A DNA stretch of 64,000 nt, taken from a virus. Taxonomy: Duplodnaviria > Caudoviricetes. A program made the translations under genes and the position numbers. Position 1 is the first letter of the stretch. Each line of letters opens with the position of its first letter. Positions 1-9,632 of the stretch are shown here, piece after piece. Location: positions 64,001 through 128,000 of IMG/VR virus record IMGVR_UViG_3300010429_001883; one strand, 5' to 3'. The notes beneath the pieces were generated by a model. The model was not told where the DNA came from, did not search any database, and saw only the letters and a program-made list of their open reading frames with translations.

Positions 1-2880
1 GTATTATTAAACAATGATACTGTATTGCTAGATCAAAAAACAAACAGTTGGCTTGAAATATTGAGAGAACCTTTTCTTAAGGACCCGGCTGCTGGAATAA
101 CCGGGCCTATGCTAACAATGAACGTTCCTGGTGTAAATAGGGTTTTTTTAATATTTTTTTGTGCCATGATATCCAGAGAAGTTATACAAAAAATAGGGCT
201 TCTTGATGAAAGCTTTAGTCCTGGATTTGGAGAAGACTGTGATTTTTGTTGGCGAGCAGAAGATGCAGGTTACAAATTAATCCAAGTCCCTGATAATAGT
301 AGTTTTGAACCTTCTGCTAATTTTAGAGTAGGTTCTTTCCCAATTTATCATAAGGGTAATTTAACTTTTAAAGAAACTGGAGAATCTGTTAGTGAGTCTT
401 TTACGCGAAATCTTGCTAGATTAAAAGAGATGTACGGTGCAGATTTAGATAAGGCAATGTCTTTAGACGGCTATATGCCAGTTGCTGAGCTTCATTGGCT
501 TGCCCGAGCTGCGCAAAAACACAATAAAATATTGGAAATAGGAAGTTGGCACGGAAAATCAACTAGGGCGTTAGCAGATAATACTTCTGGTAAAGTTTTT
601 GCTGTGGATCATTGGCAGGGCAGCGCCAACGAGCCTGAAAATCATTTTAGTGCTGAGTGGGAGGAAGGCGACCATGCTTTCATGGAGTTTTTTAGTGGAA
701 ACAAAGATCTAATTGAGTCTGGTAAAATAATTCCACTTAGAATGAGAAGTTTTAATGCTTGTAAAACATTACAACAATTAAACGAAAAATTTGATATGAT
801 TTTCATAGATGGTGAGCATACTTACGATGGCGTTAAAAAAGATGTAATTGGATGTTTGCCATTATTAGATAGTGGTGGATTAATATGTGGGCATGATTAT
901 GGCGCATGGGTTGGAGTTAAAGAAGCAGTAGAGGAATCTTTAAATGTTGATGGTGTTTTTCACACGATCTGGTTTAAAGAGTTTGGAGAAGTTAATGCTG
1001 TTAATACATCCGAAAAGCCTAAAGTTTTTGATTGTTTTCTTTTTTATAATGAATTGGAATTACTTGAACTTAGACTAAATGAATTGGATTCAGTTGTAGA
1101 TCAATTTATAATACTGGAGTCTCCAATAACAACTACGGGGCAACCCAAACCGCTGTACTTTACAGAAAATAGAGAAAGATTTTCTAAATTTTTGCATAAG
1201 ATTAGATGTATTATTTTGAACGACTTACCTACTGACGGGGATACTTGGGCCAGAGAACGGTTTGCCAGAGACAAGTTTAACTCTCTAGTAACGGGTAAGG
1301 ATACGGACATAGTTATAATTTCTGATCTAGATGAAATACCTTCAGCAGAAGCAGTAAAGAAGTATAAGCCTGAAATGGGGTTAATGTCTTTTGACCAGAA
1401 ACTATACTACTATTGGCTCAATTGCTATAACGATCAATGGGACTGGGCAAAAATACTATCTGTTGGTCTTTTTAAAACCATGACAGCGTGCCAGGTGAGG
1501 TATACAAAAGCTCCGTCTATCGAAGGCCCTGGGGGCTGGCACTTTAGTTTTCAAGGCGGTGTTGATAGGATCATGCAAAAAATTTCTGCATGGACACACT
1601 CCGAGTATAATAGGCCTGACATAAACAATAAAGAGCATATTGAAAACTGCATCAATACTCCTTGTGATGTACTTAAGCGAGAAAACATCCCAATGAAGTT
1701 TGTTGGTCTAGATGAATCTTTTCCGAAGTTTGTATTGGATAATCAAGATACTATTTTTAAAGGGTGGATAAAGAAAGTAAATCCTATGATTGAAGTTAGC
1801 AATAAAGAGAAACCAGTAGCAGAACTTAAACGTGGAGTTACTGCGTATATATCAACGAAGGACAGATATTTTAGTTCTCTTCCTTTAGCAATTAACTCTA
1901 TAATTAGTCAATCATTGAAGCCAAATAAATTGGTTATTTATGATGATGGGGAACAAAAGAATTTAACTAATGAACCGCTTTATCTTCAACTTTTCAAGAT
2001 GTTGGAAATTAATTCAATTGAATGGGAAGTGAGGTTTGGCCCAAAGATCGGGCAAGTGAAGAATCATCAGAGCATGTTAGATACTGCTGAAACAGAATAT
2101 TTGTGGCGGCTGGATGATGATAATGTTGCTAATCCTGATGTTCTTGAAACACTGGTAAATTACTTAGATACCAACCCAAAAGTTGGTGCAGTTGGTGGGT
2201 GCGTCATAGATCCCAACAGACCAATTATTTGTAATCCGGCTGTTGCTTCTTCTAATTTAGCGGATATTTATTTAGGAGCAAACTCCCAGTGGTATAAGTA
2301 TACCGAACCCTCCCCCAAACATGTTGAGCATTTATACAGCACTTTTTTATATAGAGTTGAAGCCGGTAAGCATGGGTATAACGAATCGTTATCTCCGGCT
2401 GGCCACAGAGAAGAAACCATGTTTACTTATGAGATGATTAGGAATGGATGGGAATTGGTGTTTTTGCCCGGAGTGACAACTTGGCATTTTAGGAACAATA
2501 GTGGGGGTATTAGGTCTTTTATTTATCAAGACTACTGGTTAAGAGATGAACAAATATTCCAAAGTAAATTAAGAGAGTGGGGCATAAAAACAAATAGCTA
2601 CAAGTTCTTCCTAAACAAGGGAGGCCTAGGAGACCACTTTGCCATGAAGAAGGCTATTATGAATCATGTTGATAAATTGAGTGGAATAATTCCTGTAGTT
2701 TTTACCACATATCCTGGAATTTTTGGGGATATTGGATTAGTTGAAGCAAGTGTTGCTGAAGGCGCACTCATTCTTGGTTCAGATGAAGTGCATAATGTTT
2801 ATCACTTCATGGCAGATAAGGGTTGGGACAAAAAACTTTACCAAGCATATGAACAGATGTATTTTGGAGAAATTAGATGA
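1..2880 (+). CDS. Multidomain glycan-modification protein (GT2 + class I SAM methyltransferase + GT17-like + GT2 + N-terminal part of GT9); 5'-truncated by window
   Basis: Frame open from base 1 (VLLNNDT, GT2 DxD-type motif; GFGEDCDFC); LEIGSWHGKST/VDHW/FIDGEHTY/GHDY methyltransferase motifs; VFDCFLFYNELELLELRL...ISDLDEIP...GGWHFS (GT17); STKDR...RLDDD (GT2); C-terminal GGLGDH (GT9 N-motif). Confidence 0.8.
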   Translation, partial: VLLNNDTVLLDQKTNSWLEILREPFLKDPAAGITGPMLTMNVPGVNRVFLIFFCAMISREVIQKIGLLDESFSPGFGEDCDFCWRAEDAGYKLIQVPDNSSFEPSANFRVGSFPIYHKGNLTFKETGESVSESFTRNLARLKEMYGADLDKAMSLDGYMPVAELHWLARAAQKHNKILEIGSWHGKSTRALADNTSGKVFAVDHWQGSANEPENHFSAEWEEGDHAFMEFFSGNKDLIESGKIIPLRMRSFNACKTLQQLNEKFDMIFIDGEHTYDGVKKDVIGCLPLLDSGGLICGHDYGAWVGVKEAVEESLNVDGVFHTIWFKEFGEVNAVNTSEKPKVFDCFLFYNELELLELRLNELDSVVDQFIILESPITTTGQPKPLYFTENRERFSKFLHKIRCIILNDLPTDGDTWARERFARDKFNSLVTGKDTDIVIISDLDEIPSAEAVKKYKPEMGLMSFDQKLYYYWLNCYNDQWDWAKILSVGLFKTMTACQVRYTKAPSIEGPGGWHFSFQGGVDRIMQKISAWTHSEYNRPDINNKEHIENCINTPCDVLKRENIPMKFVGLDESFPKFVLDNQDTIFKGWIKKVNPMIEVSNKEKPVAELKRGVTAYISTKDRYFSSLPLAINSIISQSLKPNKLVIYDDGEQKNLTNEPLYLQLFKMLEINSIEWEVRFGPKIGQVKNHQSMLDTAETEYLWRLDDDNVANPDVLETLVNYLDTNPKVGAVGGCVIDPNRPIICNPAVASSNLADIYLGANSQWYKYTEPSPKHVEHLYSTFLYRVEAGKHGYNESLSPAGHREETMFTYEMIRNGWELVFLPGVTTWHFRNNSGGIRSFIYQDYWLRDEQIFQSKLREWGIKTNSYKFFLNKGGLGDHFAMKKAIMNHVDKLSGIIPVVFTTYPGIFGDIGLVEASVAEGALILGSDEVHNVYHFMADKGWDKKLYQAYEQMYFGEIR

Positions 2881-3368
2881 AGAAGAGTATAATTATAAGC
2901 CCATACAGCCAGAAGCTTAAAACAGGCAAAAGAAATCCAAAGAACTACCCATACTGGCCGGAAGTTATATCTAGGCTGAGTGATGATTACCATATTACCC
3001 AAATAGGCGTAAAAGGAGAAGATCGTTTTAATGGGGTTCATGAATTTATTACAAATCTTCCACTAAACAAGCTTGCTTTAAAATTAAAGGAAGTTGGTGT
3101 ATTTGTTTCTGTTGATAACTTCCTACCACACTTTTGTCAGCATTTGGGTGTTCCAGGTGTCGTAATATTTGCTCAATCTGATCCTAATATATTTGGATAC
3201 AATGAAAATATAAATCTACTGAAGAACCGTATTTATTTAAGGAAAAATCAATTTGGTATTTGGGAAGAATCTGATTATCGTGCCGACTCTTTTATTGAGC
3301 CACACGCGGTTATTAGTGCAGTAAAACAGCTTATCCAGAATGTAGGAGTAATAACAAACGATGCATAA
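2877..3368 (+). CDS. GT9 (ADP-heptosyltransferase-like) C-terminal domain protein
   Basis: IIISPYS...KNYPYWPEV...FVSVDNFLPHFCQHLGVPGVVIF; ATGA overlap with upstream gene. Confidence 0.75.
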   Translation: MKKSIIISPYSQKLKTGKRNPKNYPYWPEVISRLSDDYHITQIGVKGEDRFNGVHEFITNLPLNKLALKLKEVGVFVSVDNFLPHFCQHLGVPGVVIFAQSDPNIFGYNENINLLKNRIYLRKNQFGIWEESDYRADSFIEPHAVISAVKQLIQNVGVITNDA

Positions 3369-3963
3369 ACAACTCTTTGCCTCAGATTCAGATAACTGCC
3401 AGACAATACCTAATGTATTGTATTATCCAGAGAATAAAATCATTTCTATATTTGATGAAATAAATGAAGAAACTGTTAAGCTTATTTGGGCTATTTTTGT
3501 TTCGGGAGGCTGTGAAGTTCGCGGTATTGTTATAAACAGTACCGGAGGAAGCCTTCTAGATGCTAATGCTATTGTTGATATTATAGGAAACAGACAAATT
3601 ACTACTATAGCTCTTGGTAAGGTGTTTTCTGCCGCCGCGTACATATATGCTGTTGGTAAAAAAAGGTTTGCTTTTAATAATACAACTTTTATGATACATA
3701 GCGGGTCTATAACACATTATGGTGAGGTTCAGTTTAGCCAGTCGCAAGCAATGAATGAAATGTGGGCGAAGGAAGTGCCGACAATGTTAGATACTATCCT
3801 TAAGGCTACTAATATAAAAAATAAACAGAAACTTAAGAATGATTTAATGAATGGAATCGATTTATATTGGTCTGTAGAAGATGCATTGCAAAATGGTTTC
3901 GTTCATGGAGTAGTTAATATCAAAGATATTATGAAGTATGGAAAATCAAAACATTCTTCGTAG
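3361..3963 (+). CDS. ClpP-like serine protease
   Basis: INSTGGS, FSAAAYI (Ser), FMIHS (His), DLYWSVEDALQNGFVHGV. Confidence 0.8.
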   Translation: MHKQLFASDSDNCQTIPNVLYYPENKIISIFDEINEETVKLIWAIFVSGGCEVRGIVINSTGGSLLDANAIVDIIGNRQITTIALGKVFSAAAYIYAVGKKRFAFNNTTFMIHSGSITHYGEVQFSQSQAMNEMWAKEVPTMLDTILKATNIKNKQKLKNDLMNGIDLYWSVEDALQNGFVHGVVNIKDIMKYGKSKHSS

Positions 3964-4831
3964 TATAATTTCGTCTAATGTCTTAGGACATTGCCCGAAG
4001 GTAAGGCCAAAGCATTTGGCCAATCTTAGGGTTCTTGGTATAGATGAAGTAGGTATTTCAGATAAAGTTGGTCCAATTATAGTTGGTTTCTATATTCACG
4101 AAGGGACTAAATTAAATATAAGAGATACCAAAGCATTAAATAGGCCCCGTGTTGAAAAATACGGCAGCCGGTTGACAGGTAAGAAGCATATTGAAATTAT
4201 CCATCAAGAAGAAATAATTAGCTTTAGTAAAATACCTATACTTCTGTCTAAGGCAATCTACAGGGGCATTAATACTTTCTCTCAAGATGATTATGACCTT
4301 ATTGTTATTGATGGAAAGAAAGAACTTGTAAGTCAAGAAAAAATTTTAAAGCCCGTACTGTTTATGCCTAAAGCAGATGAAAAAGTATATTCAGTTACTG
4401 CTGCCTCAATTATAGCTAAAGTAGAGTACTATAAACATCAAGATAGGGTAATTTCTTATTATAAGGATAATTTTAATTTAGACCTAGTTTCCCTAAATGA
4501 TGAAACATTGAACCAATTGTATAAATTATATGGCCCAACAAAGTACCATCGTACTGTGTTTACTTTGGCTGGAGCATTTAAAGGGAGATTGATGCAAATA
4601 AAAAATGATTTAGCTATGTTGGAAGGGATGTCTTCTGACCTTGGCAGGAAGGCCTATCTTAATCGGTGCATTTCTTATCTTGACAATGCTAAGAAATTTG
4701 GTATAATAAGTAAGTATAAGGAGCCTCGCTACTCGGTTAACGATGGCGGAAAGCACATTGTACTAGAATTACAGCCAATAAAATATGGTAAATGGTTTAA
4801 AACAAAACTATTAATTAAGAAGGGTTTATGA
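3938..4831 (+). CDS. Type 2 ribonuclease H (RNase HII/HIII-like)
   Basis: GIDEVG...GPIIVG, RDTK, IVIDG, KADEKVYSVTAASIIAKV, GPTKYHR. Confidence 0.8.
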   Translation: MENQNILRSIISSNVLGHCPKVRPKHLANLRVLGIDEVGISDKVGPIIVGFYIHEGTKLNIRDTKALNRPRVEKYGSRLTGKKHIEIIHQEEIISFSKIPILLSKAIYRGINTFSQDDYDLIVIDGKKELVSQEKILKPVLFMPKADEKVYSVTAASIIAKVEYYKHQDRVISYYKDNFNLDLVSLNDETLNQLYKLYGPTKYHRTVFTLAGAFKGRLMQIKNDLAMLEGMSSDLGRKAYLNRCISYLDNAKKFGIISKYKEPRYSVNDGGKHIVLELQPIKYGKWFKTKLLIKKGL

Positions 4832-5049
4832 GATTAGAAGAAGAGATTAAAAATTATTTGGTAGAATTAGAGCATCACCTTACTTATTTAGATATTGATC
4901 AGCCGCTACAAATGACAGATTATGTTTTAACAAGTACGTGGATCAATGCTTTAGAGTGGGTACTAAATAATAAGGCACAGGAAGAGGAAAATCCCGATAT
5001 AGTAGGAATATATAGAAAACCTGGGATGAGGAGGAAAGTTGGTCAATGA
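4828..5049 (+). CDS. Hypothetical protein
   Basis: 73-aa ORF overlapping both neighbours in operon fashion. Confidence 0.55.
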   Translation: MRLEEEIKNYLVELEHHLTYLDIDQPLQMTDYVLTSTWINALEWVLNNKAQEEENPDIVGIYRKPGMRRKVGQ

Positions 5050-6022
5050 TATTGAGTTGAAACAAAAAGCTTTTGATGTTCAGATAAAGAAACTACAAAA
5101 GCAATTTGGTTCAGATTTTCTAATTTCACTAGAGGATATTCCACCAATACCTGTAATTAAGACAAGACTTTTAAGTCTTAATCTTGCCTTTGGTGTTGGA
5201 GGCTTACCTCTTGGTAGGGTAATTGAAATAGTAGGAGACGAGGGTTCTGGTAAAACCACGCTCTCTCTTACATTGTTTGCAGATGTTCTGAATGCTGGCC
5301 ACAAAGCAGTATACGTAGATATAGAGCGTAAAGTAACTGCTGAGTATGCTACTAAGCTTGGCGTGCCGCTCTCTGCACAGATTATAAGGCCAGCTAGTGC
5401 TGACGCAGCCGCCATAGCCATTGATGGTCTTGCTGGCACTGGGGCAGTTTCTGTTATTTTTGTTGACTCTGTTGCTCAAATGGTAACAGAATCAGAATTA
5501 GAGAAAGAAGTAAATGACTCTAACGTAGGTAACATCCCTAGATTGCTCTCCCAGGCGTTTAGGAGGCTAGTACCAAAGTTATCTATGAATGAAGTTACTT
5601 TGGTTTTTATTAATCAGTATCGTCAAGAAATAGGTAAAATGTTTGGTAACCCTAATAAATCTAGCGGGGGTAGGTCCCTACAATACGCATCTTCCCTAAA
5701 GTTGGAAATGCGAGATGGACAAAGAATACTTGAAGATAAAGCAGAAATAGGGAAAGAAATTAAAATTAAAATTTCTAAGAACCAGTTGGGCGGCTCCCCC
5801 GGAAAAGAAGTTGTTTTAAAGATGCTCCATACACAAGGATTTGATATTTATGATGACTTTTGTTCTGCCGTTTTATCTAAAGGCGTAGTGAAACTAAACG
5901 GATCTTACTTTTATTTTGGTGACGAAAACGTCGCTCAAGGTAGGGCAGGATTTATTGAAGTATTGAAAGAAAACAAAGAATTATTTAATAAAATTACAGA
6001 TAAGTTCTACGAGGTACTATGA
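5039..6022 (+). CDS. recA: RecA recombinase
   Basis: GVGGLPLGRVIEIVGDEGSGKTT (Walker A), IFVDSV (Walker B), FINQYR, GGRSLQYASS; TTG start after GAGGAGG. Confidence 0.95.
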   Translation: MVNDIELKQKAFDVQIKKLQKQFGSDFLISLEDIPPIPVIKTRLLSLNLAFGVGGLPLGRVIEIVGDEGSGKTTLSLTLFADVLNAGHKAVYVDIERKVTAEYATKLGVPLSAQIIRPASADAAAIAIDGLAGTGAVSVIFVDSVAQMVTESELEKEVNDSNVGNIPRLLSQAFRRLVPKLSMNEVTLVFINQYRQEIGKMFGNPNKSSGGRSLQYASSLKLEMRDGQRILEDKAEIGKEIKIKISKNQLGGSPGKEVVLKMLHTQGFDIYDDFCSAVLSKGVVKLNGSYFYFGDENVAQGRAGFIEVLKENKELFNKITDKFYEVL

Positions 6023-6567
6023 TTGAGAAAGCAATAGCTGTATTGGCAGTATGTATATTAATTGGTGTAGCTGTTTTAATTTACTTAGTTATTAAACGTG
6101 AATTAAATAAGAAGGTATATGATTTAGCGCTTTATGAGCAAAAACTTGCTGCTATTTTGAATGCCACTAATGATAAGGTAGCTGTTATGAGCCAAACGTT
6201 GGATAAAACATCTTCTACCTTGGACGATGTTCCTTCTAAGGTGTTTAATATGATTAAAGGATCTAATCATACCTTACGTGGGGAATTGGGGGAATTTATT
6301 CAATATACTAGGTTGAAAGCTGACTATGATACTATCATTCCTTTAGGAGACGTGGTTGATTACCTATGTATTAAGTTCCCGCGGCCTGAAGCGGGCATAG
6401 ATGGTAGTATCGATTTCGTCGAAGTTAAGACTAACAAGGCCCGACTGACCACGTCTCAAAAAGCAGTTAGAGCCTTAGTTGCAGATAAGAAAGTTGGTTG
6501 GAAAAATGTTAAGATACAGATGTCAGGTCAGGAGTGTCAGCAAGATGAAAATGACTCTATTGGATAA
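6019..6567 (+). CDS. Membrane-anchored PD-(D/E)XK endonuclease related to archaeal Holliday junction resolvase (Endonuc_Holl-like)
   Basis: N-terminal hydrophobic helix, coiled region, GELGE...LGDVVDY...IDFVEVKT...LTTSQKAVR. Confidence 0.7.
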   Translation: MIEKAIAVLAVCILIGVAVLIYLVIKRELNKKVYDLALYEQKLAAILNATNDKVAVMSQTLDKTSSTLDDVPSKVFNMIKGSNHTLRGELGEFIQYTRLKADYDTIIPLGDVVDYLCIKFPRPEAGIDGSIDFVEVKTNKARLTTSQKAVRALVADKKVGWKNVKIQMSGQECQQDENDSIG

Positions 6568-7045
6568 ATTCCCAGTAACAACCGAAGATTTTGCTAGGAT
6601 GTATTTTACAGCCGTAAAATCTGATTTCCCTCTGTTTGTTCTCCACGTATATAGCGGGCTTAGTGGATCAGAGGACATTTCAAGAGATACCATTGATGGT
6701 TTATTAGATGCATCTAAACAACTAAGTAAATATATGAAATTTTTATTAAGATTTCCGGAACGCAATTTTAGAGAGATAGACCTAGATATTTTGAAGAGAA
6801 CAGCACAAGATTTGCCCCAATTTGATTCAAAACAGTATCTAGAAAATTCTCTAACGTTTGTAGAAGGACTGTCTGAGTGTGTTGTTTCTACTCTTGTTAA
6901 ATGCAATACGGCTAGAGGAAATATAGATTCTTTTATAATGTCTCCTGTTATTGATTATATGCGTAATTGCGGTGTTGATTATTTTTTGGAGGATCTAATT
7001 GCCAGTGTCGACGATTCCGGAGCCGAACACTCCGCAGCAAATTAA
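6545..7045 (+). CDS. Hypothetical protein
   Basis: ORF; ATG at 6545 (or 6551) after CAGGAG. Confidence 0.55.
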   Translation: MKMTLLDKFPVTTEDFARMYFTAVKSDFPLFVLHVYSGLSGSEDISRDTIDGLLDASKQLSKYMKFLLRFPERNFREIDLDILKRTAQDLPQFDSKQYLENSLTFVEGLSECVVSTLVKCNTARGNIDSFIMSPVIDYMRNCGVDYFLEDLIASVDDSGAEHSAAN

Positions 7046-7580
7046 AATTACTGTTATTTGGGTTGTTGAGGAAATTGACCAGCCTGCTGTTTCTAGGATG
7101 GCAGCTGCTTGGTGGAAATATCTTCCACAAGACGTAAGATTTGTCATTATTTTAAAAACTCAAGACCCGTATATAAATAATTTTATAGGGACACATCTGT
7201 ATAGAGGTATCCCGCGATGTATAGTTGTAAATGTGCCAGAAAGTACCACTATCAAACAATGTTTTAGGATTGGTGAAAACCTGGCACACAAAAACAGTAA
7301 CATTTATATAACGTTTTTCAACGAAGTGATTTTGGACAAAGAGGCGCTAATTAAGGCCATACAAGTTTTGGCTAAAGATGAAAAGAATGAGATTTGTGTG
7401 TTCAAAGAAGCCATTGGACCAAGCGGAGTACCAGAACAGGTGCCATTTGAAATGAATAATTTTTATATAAGTAAGTGGGGATTAAGTACTATTCAGCCCG
7501 GACAGCACATCTATGTTGCTTTAGCTGAGCCAAAGCATATTACTGTCGGGAGCAAAAGAACTGATCAACTGACTGTCTAA
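6999..7580 (+). CDS. Hypothetical protein (possible degenerate GT-A fold)
   Basis: TTG start after GGAGGA; 193 aa. Confidence 0.5.
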   Translation: MPVSTIPEPNTPQQIKITVIWVVEEIDQPAVSRMAAAWWKYLPQDVRFVIILKTQDPYINNFIGTHLYRGIPRCIVVNVPESTTIKQCFRIGENLAHKNSNIYITFFNEVILDKEALIKAIQVLAKDEKNEICVFKEAIGPSGVPEQVPFEMNNFYISKWGLSTIQPGQHIYVALAEPKHITVGSKRTDQLTV

Positions 7581-7603
7581 AAGTAAGTTGTAAGTTAAAT
7601 ATT

Positions 7604-7611
7604 TATACTAT
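7604..7611 (+). promoter_or_regulatory. YATACTAT motif, putative phage late promoter
   Basis: TATACTAT in intergenic gap ahead of AAGGAGG SD; recurs in other gaps. Confidence 0.55.
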
Positions 7612-7629
7612 TATGCTAAGGAGGGAAAA

Positions 7630-7911
7630 ATGAAAACTATTTGGAGATTTTTGGTTGGTATCTTTAGATTTATCAAGCCTGTATTTGAAGATCCTGAATT
7701 TGCAGAGTTTTTCGAGTATGTACAGGAAACTGTAATTTCTGCTATTTTAGGTGCCAAAGATATGGACCTTGATAATGATGGAAAGAGAGAACACGTCTTG
7801 CATGAGATTGGTTCTTTTTGTCTAAAGGCCGCTTGGGAATACAGAGAGTCGTTCGCTAGATTGGCTCTAGAGTTGGTTTACAACTCGCTGAAAAAGAAAG
7901 GTGAGGTTTGA
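7630..7911 (+). CDS. Small protein, weak resemblance to LL-H-type holin soluble domain
   Basis: Strong SD; amphipathic N-terminus; DGKREHVL...ALELVYNSLK pattern. Confidence 0.4.
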   Translation: MKTIWRFLVGIFRFIKPVFEDPEFAEFFEYVQETVISAILGAKDMDLDNDGKREHVLHEIGSFCLKAAWEYRESFARLALELVYNSLKKKGEV

Positions 7912-7972
7912 AGCGGCCTTAATAGGTGCCTAGGTTCCTCACCTAGGTTTTCTATATAGCTTCTTCCTACCG

Positions 7973-8002
7973 AGGGCTGGGCAACCAGCCCTTATTTTTC
8001 TT
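7973..8002 (+). terminator. Rho-independent terminator
   Basis: AGGGCTGG-GCAA-CCAGCCCT then T-rich tract; a second hairpin CCTAGGT/ACCTAGG lies at 7929-7947. Confidence 0.8.
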
Positions 8003-8003
8003 G

Positions 8004-8032
8004 TTGACTTTTTCCGTTAAATGATGTAATAT
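8004..8032 (+). promoter_or_regulatory. Sigma70-type promoter
   Basis: TTGACT-17 bp-TAATAT upstream of AGGAGG SD and ATG 8067. Confidence 0.65.
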
Positions 8033-8066
8033 AAATTCACTGATAGTCCATCAGGAGGTTTAAAAA

Positions 8067-8546
8067 ATGGATAAAAATGTTATTAATTTTCCGGGTCAGG
8101 GCGGCATTTCCGCGAAACCAGATGTTTCTGTTATGCTTGATGGTTTGATGTTTAGGTTTGATCAGCTTGCTGCTGCGCTAGAGACAATTAGTAGAAACGT
8201 TAATGAGCTTGCGCTAGATCAAAGAATTATGTACCAGACTCTTGTTGATAATGGAATTATTACAGACGATCAACTAAAGGATGTTGCCGAACTTGAACTA
8301 GAAATGATGAATAAGGTAAACGAGCTTCTGAAAGAAGCAGATACCCCAAAAGATATTCTAACTAAGGCAAACGAGGTTGGCGTTCCGCTCACGCGTCTTC
8401 CACTACACAAAATCATTTTGCATAACAAAGATCTAACCTATAACGAGAAGTTAGATATTTGTAAGGAATTTAGTTTGGAAAGCGTAGAGAAAGTACTTAT
8501 TGATCACAAAGAATATTTTTTAGCTAATACGGAAGTAAGCATCTAA
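8067..8546 (+). CDS. Hypothetical helical protein
   Basis: 159-aa ORF with strong SD. Confidence 0.65.
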   Translation: MDKNVINFPGQGGISAKPDVSVMLDGLMFRFDQLAAALETISRNVNELALDQRIMYQTLVDNGIITDDQLKDVAELELEMMNKVNELLKEADTPKDILTKANEVGVPLTRLPLHKIILHNKDLTYNEKLDICKEFSLESVEKVLIDHKEYFLANTEVSI

Positions 8547-8552
8547 TTAACA

Positions 8553-9632
8553 ATGAAGCTTTTCTGCTATAATACCGATACGTCGGGTTGCTATTGGTAT
8601 CGTCTTTTTACGCCATTTACTAAACTAAAGGAAATAGCGAAGGACGATACCTTTAGCTTTGAGTTTAAACTTAAACACATTAGTGATTTAGAACAATATG
8701 ATATTGTTGTATTACAACGAGCAACAGATGCTTTGGGCATAGAAATTTTGGAAAAGTGCAAAGAACTTCACATTCCAGTAATTTATGAAGTTGATGATTC
8801 GTTGTTTAATATTGTCCAATCCAATCCTGCAGCCAAGTATTATGGCAGAGCAGACGTTAATTATTGTGCTAACTATTTATTGGAACATTGTGATTATTTA
8901 ACAACAAGTACTCAGAATTTGGCAAGATATTATTGTGCGTATTTTAATGAAAATAACATATATGTTTTGCCAAATTCTGTTTCACTTTCTAAGCCATTTA
9001 GTGATATTAAAATAAAAAATGATGAAAAGTTTAAGCCGGCGTTTCGCCTACTAATAGCTGGCAGTTCCTCTCATAAAGAAGATTGGGAATTTTTAGCAGC
9101 ATCATTTAGAGATCTTGTTTATGGAAGCCGCGGACAAATAGATGTTACCATATTTGGGTATGTCCCACCGGCATTTGAGGGAATACCCAATACCCGCGTT
9201 GTAAAACCAGTTCCTGTTACTAACTACTTTGACGTGTTATATGCGCTGAAATGTGATCTTATGTTAACTCCACTAGCAGATATTGATTTTAATACATATA
9301 AAAGCAATTTAAAGTTCGTAGAGGCCGGCGCGTTAAGCATGCCCCTAGTTGCTTCTAATGTTATTGCATATAATCAAGATGTAGTAGACGGAGTAAACGG
9401 CTGGTTACTCCCAAACAAGCCATATCACTGGACTAAATTACTTATGAAGTTGCTTAGAGATAAGAGCATAGTAAAAGAGGCCGGGAAGAAAGCAAGACAG
9501 GTTGTTGAACAAAAATACAACCTAGATAATACAGTAATGGATTGGTTTAATTGTTACAATAAAATTATGGAAGATTTTGATCAACCACAGAAGGCAGTTG
9601 TTCTAAAGGAGGAGGCAAATGATTCGGTTTGA
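8553..9632 (+). CDS. GT-B (GT4-like) glycosyltransferase
   Basis: SGCYWYRL, VLQR, IYEVDD, TTST, PLADIDFNTYKSNLKFVEAG, DGVNGWL. Confidence 0.85.
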   Translation: MKLFCYNTDTSGCYWYRLFTPFTKLKEIAKDDTFSFEFKLKHISDLEQYDIVVLQRATDALGIEILEKCKELHIPVIYEVDDSLFNIVQSNPAAKYYGRADVNYCANYLLEHCDYLTTSTQNLARYYCAYFNENNIYVLPNSVSLSKPFSDIKIKNDEKFKPAFRLLIAGSSSHKEDWEFLAASFRDLVYGSRGQIDVTIFGYVPPAFEGIPNTRVVKPVPVTNYFDVLYALKCDLMLTPLADIDFNTYKSNLKFVEAGALSMPLVASNVIAYNQDVVDGVNGWLLPNKPYHWTKLLMKLLRDKSIVKEAGKKARQVVEQKYNLDNTVMDWFNCYNKIMEDFDQPQKAVVLKEEANDSV

